NCBI GenBank assembly: GCA_964557855.1 | Contig: CAZLBP010000020.1 | Location: 1,454-65,453 of the forward strand | Length of the DNA stretch: 64,000 nucleotides | Origin: an uncultured Ignavibacteriales bacterium | GTDB taxonomy: Bacteria > Zixibacteria > MSB-5A5 > GN15 > FEB-12 | Direction of reading: 5' to 3' | In this document: positions 54,200 to 64,000 of the stretch, piece after piece | Numbering within the stretch: the stretch's first letter is position 1 | Layout of the letters: every line of letters begins with the position of its first letter | Translations under genes and position numbers: made by a program | The notes under the pieces: model-generated | The model's input: only the letters and a program-made list of their open reading frames with translations | Told to the model about the DNA's origin: nothing | Database searches by the model: none

Positions 54200-55672
54200 T
54201 CAGGCAGCCCGTGACCCATCCTTCCTCACCCATCGCGCGTAGAGCAACATACCGATGGCCGACAGGAAACCGATGGCGGCAAACTGATACCAAAGTTGAT
54301 ATGGGTCGTAAATACTCCACAGCATATTGGTGGCTTCGACGGCATCCATGCCCGTAACTTCCATCAGCTTGTCCATGGCCTCGGTTCGAGCCACATCTGT
54401 CATATTGAAATTCTCCCGCAGGTAGTCGAGGGCCAGGTTGGCTTTGTCCCCCATGCTGCCGTACACTTTTCCCCCGTAGATGGAACCGTACCCCCAGCCG
54501 ATCGCAACCGGCACATTGGCATAGCCCATGTACAGTCCTTTTTGATCATCGGGAGCGATAACACCGAGGTATTCGTTCATCTTGGGAGAGGAGAGCATTT
54601 CACCGACCGAAAAGACTAGTATGCCCAATATACAGAAGTAACCTTCGTTGGTGAACCCGGCCAGGATTAATCCCAGGGATGCCACGGCGATGCCGATCGA
54701 GATGGCATGTACTCGCCGGATGCGCGATACGATCCAGGAGATAAAGACGACCGCCACGATTATCAAACCGGGGTTGGCGTTGATCATCCATTCCTGAGAC
54801 AGCTGCGGGCCACGGGTGGAGTTGATCTGGAGCATCCAGTCCGGCAATCCCAGCGTTTTCACCATATCCGAACTATCCACCCAATCGACAATGAAGTTGG
54901 GCAGCATGTCGAACAACTGCATGAACATGAGCCAGAATCCGGACATTATCAGGATAAATACAACCAGTTTCAGGTTAAGAAAGTTGCGAGCCGTGAGAAA
55001 CAGCACTTCCGCCGGACTCCGTCTCTGGTCGTCACCCGCCGACACTTCGCGATAGGTAAACAGCATGAGGAAGTTCAGTGACACGATGACCGCACAGCCG
55101 TAGAAAACGGCTTCCCAGGACCAGCCGTACAGGAAGTGCGCCAGCGGCGGGCCCAGAAAACCGCCGATGTTGACCAGCATATAGAATGTCCCCCAGCCCA
55201 CACCGGAGTTGCGTTCATGGATGACGCGGCACATGGTCCCCTGGACACCGGGTTTGAAAACCGCAGTCCCAAACGCCAGCACGCAGCAGCCAAACAAGAA
55301 GGGATAAAAATCTCGTTGAGTAGCCATAATCAGGTAGCCGATTACTTTCAAAGCGACCGAAAATGCGATTGTCTTCTTGAAACCGTACCGGTCCGCGAAG
55401 CCGCCGGAGAACATCGGCACCAGCGATTGCACCAGGGCCTATACCGAGAATATGATGCCCTTGTCCGTTTGAGAGAAATGCAGCCCGCCCGGTTCATCGG
55501 CCTGGGCGATGTAGATGGGAATGACGACCCGAACGCCATAGTAGGCCAGGCGCTCGAACATTTCCATGACATTGACCATCCAGAAGGACCACGGCAGAGT
55601 GGACATCTGGGCCGCCAAACCTTCTCGTTTGGCCGGCGCTGACGGTGACTTCGCAGCGGTATCAGACGACAT
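54200..55672 (-). pseudogene. MFS transporter (POT/PTR-like) split by an in-frame TAG
   Basis: EMFERLAYYG motif in 55439-55672; TAG at 55439-55441 in frame with 54200-55432 (IIFSV*ALVQSLVP); FYMLVNIGG and GEMLSSP motifs. Confidence 0.85.
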
Positions 55673-55827
55673 AGATAATCCTTATTGAGTGAGGTCGCAT
55701 TTAGCGATACAATAAACGGATATTGGTTCGCCAGGTCAAATACTGATGTGATTATGCGTTGCTTCTATGGCAGATGCCGACTAACCTCAGGAAGGACTCA
55801 AGACGACTTCCGTAAGCGGGAACAGCC

Positions 55828-56289
55828 TTACGCCGGCACCTTCTTCAACAGCGCAATCTGCCCGGTGTGATAGATATTGTGCTGAATGACCCCGTGGATC
55901 AGGGCCCCGAATGTAAAATCAGTACCCTGCACCTGTTGTTCCAGATCGGTTGGAGACAGACTTGCTACCTTTGCCACCAGGGCATTGTGCGTGTTGTTTA
56001 ACGAACTGACAACCTCCTGCCAGGTTTGCTCGGTTGGATCGGTAATCTGCGGCCAGTTGTCTTTTTCGGATATTTCCGCCTTCTGGCGGTCCAGTCCGAG
56101 GAGAACAACTTGTTCCCAGAACCGGATATGCAGCACAATCTCTCCGATGCTGTGAGCTGTCCCAATCGGCTTTGCAAAGGCCTTTTCGGCCCGGAGTTCT
56201 GCCGGCAGCTCCATCAGGGCCGGTCCATGCCAGGCCTTGCCCGCCACTGTTCGGGCCAGTTGGTCTTTGAGGCGGTCAATTTCAGTCAT
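55828..56289 (-). CDS. DinB family protein
   Basis: AWHGP, HSIGEIVLHI and HNIYHTGQI motifs; GAGGAG RBS. Confidence 0.9.
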   Translation of the reverse strand: MTEIDRLKDQLARTVAGKAWHGPALMELPAELRAEKAFAKPIGTAHSIGEIVLHIRFWEQVVLLGLDRQKAEISEKDNWPQITDPTEQTWQEVVSSLNNTHNALVAKVASLSPTDLEQQVQGTDFTFGALIHGVIQHNIYHTGQIALLKKVPA

Positions 56290-56351
56290 CTTTGCTCCTC
56301 ACTCTTTCGCATCACACGGAGTGGCATACTCGATATACGATCTGTCGTCGG

Positions 56352-58769
56352 TCACATCATATCCACCGGGTCTACATCGACTACTACCTTCACTGCCGAC
56401 GGGAGACCGAACCGACTATGTTCCTTCTCCCAGCGAGCCAGCATCTCCACCAGTTTAACGGTTTGTCTGGTTTTGATCAACAGGTGTCTCCGGAATCGGT
56501 TGCGCAGATAATAGAGGGGACAGGGCGCCGGTCCGAGAAGACCGGCCGACAGGTTCGATCGACCGATGGCCGAAAGTAAGTCCCCTTTGAATTTCAGCGC
56601 TGCCGATTCAAGCTGTCCCTCGTTCTTGCCCGAAAGCACGATGTTTACCAGGCGTCTGAACGGGGGGTATTCAAGCGCCCGGCGGTTTTCGATTTCGATC
56701 TCATAGAACGCTCTGTAATTCTGCTGTGCCGCAAGCGTGATAACGTCGTTCTCCGGATAATAGGTTTGAATAACCACTTCTCCGGGTTTGTCGGCCCGGC
56801 CGGACCGTCCGGAAACTTGCAGCAGTTGGGCAAACGTCCGTTCGGAAGCGCGGAAATCGGGCAGGTCCAGCATAAGATCAGCCGACAGGACCCCCACCAA
56901 TGTGACACCCGGCAAATCAAAGCCCTTGGTCACCATTTGAGTACCCAGGAGCAGACTGCTTTTGCCGTCGATGAACTCAGTCAGGATATCGAACAGTTGC
57001 CGACGCCCAACGGCGGTATCGGAGTCCAGTCTAAGCGGCACGACTCCGCCAAATAGCCGTGGGATGGCCTCTTCCACTTTCTGAGTGCCCGCGCCTACGA
57101 AGAGGAATCGGGTGCTCTGGCATGTCTCACAGCTGTCATACCGGGTCGTAATCCAACCACAGTAATGACAGGATAGTTTCTGCCCGGCTTTGTGGTAGGT
57201 CAATTTGACCTGGCAGTTGGGACACTCCGGCACCCGGCCACACTCGGCACATTTCAAGTGAGGCGCGTAACCGCGACGGTTGAGAAACAGGATGGTTTGT
57301 TCATCTTGTTTCAGGCGACGGTCGATTTCCTTTTTGAGCGTGTGGGAGAAGTACCCCAGGTCTCCCCCGAGCCGGGCGGTCTTCATGTCCACGATAGCCG
57401 TTGTCGGCAGGCGGGCGCCGGCCGGCCGTTGCTTGATTTCAAGAAGCCGGTACTTGCCGGATTCGGCCTGGTAATATGATTCGATCGAAGGTGAGGCAGA
57501 ACCCAGAATGACCGGAATGTTGTTGAGCCTGGCTCTCATGATAGCGCAGTCCCGACCGTGGAAGCGGGGCGCGGGGTCGCTCTGCTTATAGGACGGATCA
57601 TGTTCTTCATCAACGATGACCAGCCCCAGATTCTGCAGCGGAGCGAACACTGCCGATCGCGGGCCAATGACGATATTGAATCGGCCCCGTTGAATTCCGG
57701 TGAAGCTCTGAAGCCGTTCTTTGTTCGTCATGGCGGAGTGCAGGACGGTGACGGCATCACCGAACAGTCCTTTGAAATAGGCGAGTGTCGTCCCGGCCAG
57801 CGCTATTTCGGGGGTGAGGACCAGCACCGTTCGGCCCATCGCCAGGACTTTTTGCGCCAGGCGGCAGTACACGATCGTTTTCCCGGAACCAGTGACACCG
57901 TGCAGTAAAAACGGTTGAAACCCCTGCTCCGGCGCGAGAGATTCAGCGAGCCTGTCATAGACGCTTTGTTGTTCAGCGGTCAACTTGATGTTGTCGAGAT
58001 CACGCCTCGGCACCAGGTAGTCCGGGATAACGACCGGTTCATCACCGAGGACCGGTTCCAGAAGGCCGTCCTTGACTGCGGCGCGCAAATAATAAGGGGT
58101 CCAGTTATGCGCCAGCAATTCCCGCCGTGTCTTGATACCATCGTACGGCTCCGGCTTGATCTTCTTCTGGTCGAAGTACGTCCCCCACTGAGTGGGATCG
58201 GCACATCGGTACCCGCGCAATTGTTTCGACGATGCACCGGTATCTTCCGGCCAAATTTCGAGAATCGCGCCGCCGTTGATCAGCTGTCGGAGGTATCCCT
58301 TTTGCAAAGCCTGGAGTTGGCGGAGCTCCTGCGCCGTCAGCTTCTTGCCGGGACGGTGCCGGCCGGCCACCCGATCCGGAACCGATCCGGAATCCGTCGT
58401 CCATAAATAACCAGGACGCGCCGTCGTCTTTACGGCGGGCGGCAGCGCCGCCGCCAGGCAATCGGCCGGGTTGGCGAAATAGTACTGAGCTATCCATTTA
58501 CACAGCGCAAACAGATCGGGGGAAAAATAGCTGACGCTGTCAAGCTCCCGGATGATTTCCCTGACCCGGATATGCTGCGGCTGACGGCATAGCCCGAGGT
58601 AATACCCTATCTTGCGGCTCTGTCGGACCGGTACGAGCAGGCGCTGGCCGGGAGTGAGGTCGGTATCGGTCGCCGGCAGCTTGTAGGTGAAAGAACCATA
58701 CATGGGACCACTTACGGCGACGTCGATGTAGCTTTCCTCGACCAAGACATCCAACCTATCGTTAATCAA
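56352..58769 (-). CDS. priA: Primosomal protein N'
   Basis: GVTGSGKT, VDEEHD, LNRRGY, four CxxC zinc motifs, GTQMVTKG and VDVDP; exact start uncertain. Confidence 0.96.
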   Translation of the reverse strand: MINDRLDVLVEESYIDVAVSGPMYGSFTYKLPATDTDLTPGQRLLVPVRQSRKIGYYLGLCRQPQHIRVREIIRELDSVSYFSPDLFALCKWIAQYYFANPADCLAAALPPAVKTTARPGYLWTTDSGSVPDRVAGRHRPGKKLTAQELRQLQALQKGYLRQLINGGAILEIWPEDTGASSKQLRGYRCADPTQWGTYFDQKKIKPEPYDGIKTRRELLAHNWTPYYLRAAVKDGLLEPVLGDEPVVIPDYLVPRRDLDNIKLTAEQQSVYDRLAESLAPEQGFQPFLLHGVTGSGKTIVYCRLAQKVLAMGRTVLVLTPEIALAGTTLAYFKGLFGDAVTVLHSAMTNKERLQSFTGIQRGRFNIVIGPRSAVFAPLQNLGLVIVDEEHDPSYKQSDPAPRFHGRDCAIMRARLNNIPVILGSASPSIESYYQAESGKYRLLEIKQRPAGARLPTTAIVDMKTARLGGDLGYFSHTLKKEIDRRLKQDEQTILFLNRRGYAPHLKCAECGRVPECPNCQVKLTYHKAGQKLSCHYCGWITTRYDSCETCQSTRFLFVGAGTQKVEEAIPRLFGGVVPLRLDSDTAVGRRQLFDILTEFIDGKSSLLLGTQMVTKGFDLPGVTLVGVLSADLMLDLPDFRASERTFAQLLQVSGRSGRADKPGEVVIQTYYPENDVITLAAQQNYRAFYEIEIENRRALEYPPFRRLVNIVLSGKNEGQLESAALKFKGDLLSAIGRSNLSAGLLGPAPCPLYYLRNRFRRHLLIKTRQTVKLVEMLARWEKEHSRFGLPSAVKVVVDVDPVDMM

Positions 58770-58772
58770 GAA

Positions 58773-58813
58773 CGGCAGGACACACCCCGCCGAAGGCGGG
58801 GCAGGACCTGCCG
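58773..58813. repeat. REP-like family A copy
   Basis: CGGCAGGAC-ACAC-CCCGCCGAAGGCGGG-GCAG-GACCTGCCG. Confidence 0.7.
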
Positions 58814-58925
58814 AGACAATCTCATGTGGCAGACGAGAAACAGCCTGCCGCTAGCTGGTCATCCGCGCTCTTCGAGCCGGCTCCAACAGACTCCCTGTCA
58901 GCTGCTCGGTTTCGCGAATCCCCTT

Positions 58926-60296
58926 TTACCCTTGCTGGAGTTCCTCGACTTTCTGTTCGGCCTTCTTTAGTTTCTCCGGCTTTTTCAGGAACTGGTAGAG
59001 ATCCTTGAGATTGAGCCAAATATCCAGATTCTCGGGTTGCAGTTCAGCAACTTTTTCGTACGCCTGCATTGCTTCTTCGAATTGGGCGAGTCTCTTGTAG
59101 CAATCACCGAGAGAAATCCAGTTTCCCGCGTCGTCCGGGTTCAATTCCGTGACGCGTTTGAATCCGGTGATGGCTTGTTCGCAGTCTTCCAGCAGGGCGC
59201 TGACGAAGCCATATTGCTCGGCAATCAACAGGTCCTGAGGGGCTAATTCGAATGCAGTCTTGAAATACGTACGCGCGGAATCGAAGGCGGCTCTCCGCTC
59301 CTCCTCCCACCTCTTGACCGCCGCGGTGTCTTCCTGGGCGCGGTACAAATTGGCGGAATCCGATGCTATCCGGGCCTGCGTATTGAAATATAACCCGACA
59401 TTGCGAAGAATATCGACGTTGGTTGGATCCAGGTCCAGCAATTGCCGATACACAAACAGAGCCGAATCATACATCTCACAGTTGTTGTAACAGATAGAGA
59501 GGTTGATGAGATTGCCCGTGTCGTCGGGGTTGAGTTCGGTATATTCCTTGAAGTACGGAATGGCGCCGCAGTATTCACCCATGTTAATGTAGTTGTAAGC
59601 GATGGGGAGCAGCAGTCCGGACTTCTTTTTGGCTTTGTCGAGGCCTTTGACCATCCATTCAATGGCATTGCGATAGTCACCTTTAAATTCGAAGGCGTTG
59701 CCGATGGCAATGTAGGGGCTGGCGTCGGTCGAATCTATCAAGAGGGCCATGTTCATATTGGCGATAACAGAATCGATATTCACGTTGAGGTTTTTGTCGA
59801 TAAACGCTCGACTGGTGGAATCCGTCTCATTCTGAAGATCCTGGGACAACTCCTGAACCGTACCCAGCTGTTGATGACCGCGCCGATAGTAGTCTCGCCA
59901 GTACTTGGTCTTGGTGGAATCGGCCTGATCGAGGTATTCATCGCAGTCTTTCCGATAATTCTCGTTGATTTCCTCGTTCTGGCATACCATATGTAACGTG
60001 TCAATGTATGCCACCATTTTCTTGACGTAGGGTCGCTTGTCGTCCAGAGTCGACGCCCCTTCCATCAGGTCGACATACACCCGGTACCTGGTGGACAACG
60101 CTTCCGCATGGTGACCGTAGTGCATGAACAGCGTATCGATCAGGTAAATCGCTTCTTCGGGCCGCCCTTCAACGATAGCTATCCGGGCACCGCTGAGATA
60201 GGCCTTGAGAGGTTTCTTCCTTTCTCGCGCATGCATACTGCCCGCTGCCAAAAGAGCGATAATAAGAAGAATGAGTATTGTGTTCAGTCGCTTCAC
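58926..60296 (-). CDS. Exported tetratricopeptide repeat protein
   Basis: GAGGAGG RBS; signal peptide; several TPR units (A...Y.K..EL.P). Confidence 0.88.
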   Translation of the reverse strand: MKRLNTILILLIIALLAAGSMHARERKKPLKAYLSGARIAIVEGRPEEAIYLIDTLFMHYGHHAEALSTRYRVYVDLMEGASTLDDKRPYVKKMVAYIDTLHMVCQNEEINENYRKDCDEYLDQADSTKTKYWRDYYRRGHQQLGTVQELSQDLQNETDSTSRAFIDKNLNVNIDSVIANMNMALLIDSTDASPYIAIGNAFEFKGDYRNAIEWMVKGLDKAKKKSGLLLPIAYNYINMGEYCGAIPYFKEYTELNPDDTGNLINLSICYNNCEMYDSALFVYRQLLDLDPTNVDILRNVGLYFNTQARIASDSANLYRAQEDTAAVKRWEEERRAAFDSARTYFKTAFELAPQDLLIAEQYGFVSALLEDCEQAITGFKRVTELNPDDAGNWISLGDCYKRLAQFEEAMQAYEKVAELQPENLDIWLNLKDLYQFLKKPEKLKKAEQKVEELQQG

Positions 60297-60381
60297 ACGT
60301 TCCTCCTCGAATCAGAGTGTCGTTCGTTCATTTTCCTTTTGGTGAATGTACACGTTGCGTAATTTCCTGTCAACCACCGTT

Positions 60382-61731
60382 CTATTGCCGGGTAAAGCGG
60401 ACCCGAAGTGTGAGTGTCGACGTGCCGTCGGCTTCGACCGGAACTTCAAAGTGTACCGTTTGTGCGTCTTTGACCGTGTGTGCATAGTTCGAATCGATAA
60501 TTTCCCAGATGCCCCAGAGTTTCTTTTCGACGATCACCGTGACGGCGGTCTTCTTGTGATTCCGCAGCTCAATTTCGAATGTGCGCTCTTCCACCAGCTT
60601 GGTGACCTGATTGCGCTGCATCAGGCGCTCTTCAGCCACGATATCGAAGGCGGTCCCGACTTTGATATTCAGCTCTTCGTCGCGGGGGGTGTGTTCGATG
60701 CGGTCTTCACCGAGCAATATCAGGGATCCGTCGTCATCCCCCTTGAATACCCGCACTCGTCCTCCGGGCAACGGCATGCCGAGCCCCGTTTCCGAAGAAT
60801 TCTTGAACTTAATCGTCACGTTGACGTCTTTGGCGTTATAGTCCGGCTTGTACATGAATTCCTTTTCAACGGTAGTGCTTGCCGGTTCAAAGAGCGAGAT
60901 CTGCTTGATTTCTTTATTGGCCAGGGTTGCCTTGCGCGGCAGCGTGTAGAGATGGTATTCGAAGAACGCTTTTTCCTCGAATCCGGCTCCGGCGGCGCTT
61001 TCCAGACGCATCGCATCGGCCATCGGTTGATATTTCTTCCGGTCGGTGACCCGATGAATATCTCCGGCCACGAGCTTGAGCGTGGCGTCCGTGTACGTCT
61101 TGCCGGAGGTATTGTTTATGGAAGACCATCCCGACAGGTGCAGACTGGTTTCGTCCTCGGACAGGACGCCGATGTACTCGGCGGACCAGGTCATACCGGA
61201 GGTTTGGTAACCCACCTTGCACTCCAGTTCGCCGGCATAGTCGGAATTGTACTTCCAGAACAGAGTCGGTCGGGTAATGAGACCTTCAGGCAAATTGGGA
61301 AAGTTGACTTCCATAATATTGCCGAGCTGGACGATCTTGATTCCGCCGGTCTTGTCTCGGAGCGTTATGGCCCCGCTGTTGTGAGCCAGCAGCTGGCCGG
61401 AGTAGATCTTGCCTTCCTTGTCAATGAGTTCAATCTGCTTGTCGATGTAGCGGGAGTATATCTGTTCGGGGCTGACCAGGTCGTAGGCATAATTCTGCTC
61501 GAGAATCGAGACAGTCCGACCTCCGTCAATCAGGTCGAATGTAACCGAAGCAGCGTCAATCTGCGACGGTACGTCGCGAAAGGCGAGTTCATTCGTGCCC
61601 CGCTCGAATTCGAGTTTCCGGGTCTCGCTTATCACGCCCAGATTGCTGTTGTAGACGGTGACTGCGAGTTCATCGGCCGGTACTGCCGATGAGAGCAGCA
61701 ATAACGAGATCAAAACAACTGTGGCTTTCAT
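60382..61731 (-). CDS. DUF4139 domain exported protein
   Basis: VTVYNSNLG, EQNYAYDL, WSAEY, FEYHLYTL, GMPLPGGRVRV and GEDRIEHTP motifs; GGAGG RBS. Confidence 0.85.
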   Translation of the reverse strand: MKATVVLISLLLLSSAVPADELAVTVYNSNLGVISETRKLEFERGTNELAFRDVPSQIDAASVTFDLIDGGRTVSILEQNYAYDLVSPEQIYSRYIDKQIELIDKEGKIYSGQLLAHNSGAITLRDKTGGIKIVQLGNIMEVNFPNLPEGLITRPTLFWKYNSDYAGELECKVGYQTSGMTWSAEYIGVLSEDETSLHLSGWSSINNTSGKTYTDATLKLVAGDIHRVTDRKKYQPMADAMRLESAAGAGFEEKAFFEYHLYTLPRKATLANKEIKQISLFEPASTTVEKEFMYKPDYNAKDVNVTIKFKNSSETGLGMPLPGGRVRVFKGDDDGSLILLGEDRIEHTPRDEELNIKVGTAFDIVAEERLMQRNQVTKLVEERTFEIELRNHKKTAVTVIVEKKLWGIWEIIDSNYAHTVKDAQTVHFEVPVEADGTSTLTLRVRFTRQ

Positions 61732-61867
61732 TTCTTACCTCCATAATCTTATACACCGGCCTCCTGTTTGAGCCGGTGAGCAGTTTCTGTCGCTGAGTTG
61801 GCGATGGTCTCTTGTTACTTCCATACATACAGGTCAACCATCAGGAATCTTCCCAGAAAAATGTGCG

Positions 61868-62818
61868 TCAAACTGGTCGAAAATCGGCAACTACTTGTTT
61901 TAGGCGTACATGCACTTCATCCGGCGAGGGGTTGAGTTCAGTGGTCGTGAAACTACCGGACTGCGGTCTAATCCGTTCAAATATCTGGACATAGAGCCGA
62001 TAGATCACCTCCAGACTGAGTTGGTATCGGTCGCCTAACAACGGCAGATGCTCATCCAGAGTCGATCTCGCCCGTCTCCGATAATAGTCTGCGAAACTGC
62101 GATACCGCGACATGAGATAGCGCAAACCTTCGGCAGCTTCCGCATTTTCCACCGCCTCCAGCAAGTCCAACTGTGATAACTTTGATTCCGCCAATATGTT
62201 ATCAGCAAAATAGTTAAGTCGGTTGAGCTGGTCTTTTTGGAAGTCACGCATTATGTGTACGAGATACGAAAAGAGAGCCAGGGGTCGGGCGACACGACGG
62301 ATATTGAAGGGCGGCAGCACGATGTGCTCGCCTTCAATCCCGATGGCGCACAAGTGCATGAACACCGAGGCCGGGGCGATAGCGGCTCCTTCGCAATACC
62401 TGAGAAAGACTCGAAATGAAGCAAATCCACTGTGACTAACGTCGTAGATCATGGCCTTTGCCAGCCGCTCCCACGGCCACAAGGGTATGCAAAACCGTCT
62501 CATAGTCTGAAGTAACTGCTCCTGAAAAAGATCGGTCGGCAGGCCTTTCCGGAGTGATTCGACCCAATCGTTGATCATGTCCCCGAGGCCTGCCCGTTCG
62601 TGCGCGCTGATAGAACTGGTTCCGATCTTGCGGTTATCGACGAGGTCATCAATAATGCGCATCGACCGATAGCAGGTCCGGAACGCCTCGTATCGCTCCG
62701 GTTCCCAGAAGCGTGCGGCTATATCGAGGATGGGGTTGGTGAGGATTTTGCCGAAATCGATGTCCAGGGCGAAATCCAGGTCTGTGATGTTGTCCGATTT
62801 CATATATCCTATTAACAT
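61868..62818 (-). CDS. Squalene/phytoene synthase family (class I isoprenoid synthase fold) protein
   Basis: DDLVD (DDxxD); YCEGAA; HIMRDFQKD second Asp-rich motif; start may be 62803. Confidence 0.8.
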   Translation of the reverse strand: MLIGYMKSDNITDLDFALDIDFGKILTNPILDIAARFWEPERYEAFRTCYRSMRIIDDLVDNRKIGTSSISAHERAGLGDMINDWVESLRKGLPTDLFQEQLLQTMRRFCIPLWPWERLAKAMIYDVSHSGFASFRVFLRYCEGAAIAPASVFMHLCAIGIEGEHIVLPPFNIRRVARPLALFSYLVHIMRDFQKDQLNRLNYFADNILAESKLSQLDLLEAVENAEAAEGLRYLMSRYRSFADYYRRRARSTLDEHLPLLGDRYQLSLEVIYRLYVQIFERIRPQSGSFTTTELNPSPDEVHVRLKQVVADFRPV

Positions 62819-62886
62819 ACTACACCAAGCCCGGTCTGTGAAGATTTATGTTTCACGAGGATGGCCTGTTGTTTACCGTTAGGAGT

Positions 62887-64000
62887 ATGAGTGAGTCGGT
62901 TCGCTTATTGATCTTGTCGCACAACTATCCGCGGTTCCGGGGGGACTATGCGGGCGTGTTTATAGCCTTGCTGGCCAGGCATTTAGTCCGGTATGACATC
63001 AAGCCGATCGTGCTGGTACCGCACGACGCCGGCGCGAAGGAAAAGGAGGTTTTCGATGGTGTCACCGTCTACCGTTTTCGTTATGCCGCCACCGACGCGG
63101 AGGAGAACCTGGCCTATCGCGGAAATATGCACCAACTGGTGCTGAGTTCGGTGACGGGTATTTTCAAATTCAAGAGTTTCCTGAATCATTTTCGCAGAGC
63201 TGCTTTGGAAATCGTTCGAGAGGAGAAGATCGACGTCGTCTCAGGGCACTGGTTGGTACCGGCGGGGCTGGTCATGAAGACCATCAAGCGCAAAACCGGC
63301 CTGCCGATGGTGCTGTCATCGCACGGTACAGATATCCGCATCATGCAGAAGTACGCCCATGCCGTGTTCAAATATCTCAGGGGGTTCTGTCGCTCACTGG
63401 ACCGATGGACTGTTGTCTCGAACTACCTTCGTCAAGCTATGCTCGATATCGATCCGGTACTGGAATCGACCCTGGAGGTGCTGCCTCTCCCCCACGATGA
63501 GACAGTCTTCTACCCTGATGACAGCATTGAACGCGAAGACGACTTGATTGTTTCCGTTACCCGTTTCACGGAGCAGAAGCGGGTTGACTTTCTGGTTAAG
63601 GCGATTGCGCTGGTGACGGAGAAGCTACCGTCAGCCGGACTGCAAATCTATGGCGCCGGGCCGCTGGAGAGCGAAATCCGGTCAATGATTGACAGGTTCG
63701 GGCTTGAGCAGAAAGTGACCATATATCCTCCCATACCGCAGGAACAGCTTCGAGCGGTCTATAACAAAGCTTCCATCGTAATCCTGAACTCGCATCGGGA
63801 AGGATTCGGGTTAACGTTGTCGGAGGCGATGATGTGCGGTGCGGCGGTGATCGGGACAGCCTCGGGAGGCATCACTGACATCATCAAGGACAACGAAACC
63901 GGTCTTCTCGTGCAGCCGGACAATGTCTCTGACTTGGCTGACGCCATAGTGCGTTTGCTTGAAGATCGGTCTCTGCGTGAGGAGCTGGCCGTGGCAGGTC
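62887..64000 (+). CDS. GT4 family glycosyltransferase (3' end runs off window)
   Basis: AGGAG RBS; manual translation MSESVRLLILSHNYPR...HWLVPAG...SHGTD...EQKRVD...EGFGLTLSEAMMCG...GGITDII..NETGLLV. Confidence 0.92.
   Translation, partial: MSESVRLLILSHNYPRFRGDYAGVFIALLARHLVRYDIKPIVLVPHDAGAKEKEVFDGVTVYRFRYAATDAEENLAYRGNMHQLVLSSVTGIFKFKSFLNHFRRAALEIVREEKIDVVSGHWLVPAGLVMKTIKRKTGLPMVLSSHGTDIRIMQKYAHAVFKYLRGFCRSLDRWTVVSNYLRQAMLDIDPVLESTLEVLPLPHDETVFYPDDSIEREDDLIVSVTRFTEQKRVDFLVKAIALVTEKLPSAGLQIYGAGPLESEIRSMIDRFGLEQKVTIYPPIPQEQLRAVYNKASIVILNSHREGFGLTLSEAMMCGAAVIGTASGGITDIIKDNETGLLVQPDNVSDLADAIVRLLEDRSLREELAVAG

Overview
A GC-rich bacterial chromosomal window. The repeated Cys-bracketed C-terminal dockerin-like tag on secreted proteins suggests candidate phylum Zixibacteria or a relative (inference). 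Housekeeping genes include an NAD-isocitrate/isopropylmalate dehydrogenase, sodA, asnS, corA, pcrA/uvrD, rpmA, murI, tRNA-Lys(TTT), coaX and priA. These are interspersed with a large surface/secreted-protein set: six genes (one broken) ending in a duplicated dockerin-like module, one of which also has an N-terminal cohesin-like domain, plus a 1498-aa acidic lipoprotein and a GldA/GldF-G/DUF4340-type ABC operon. Main observations: (1) a candidate non-cellulosomal cohesin-dockerin surface assembly system, with a homologous 3' UTR/terminator shared by tandem tagged genes; (2) several families of REP-like palindromes, including a 45-bp inverted repeat pair bracketing tRNA-Lys and a truncated lipoprotein gene; (3) three genes interrupted by in-frame stop codons; (4) a small Arg-rich HTH protein. 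I saw no transposase, integrase, CRISPR array or rRNA. All product calls come from visual motif recognition, not database searches.
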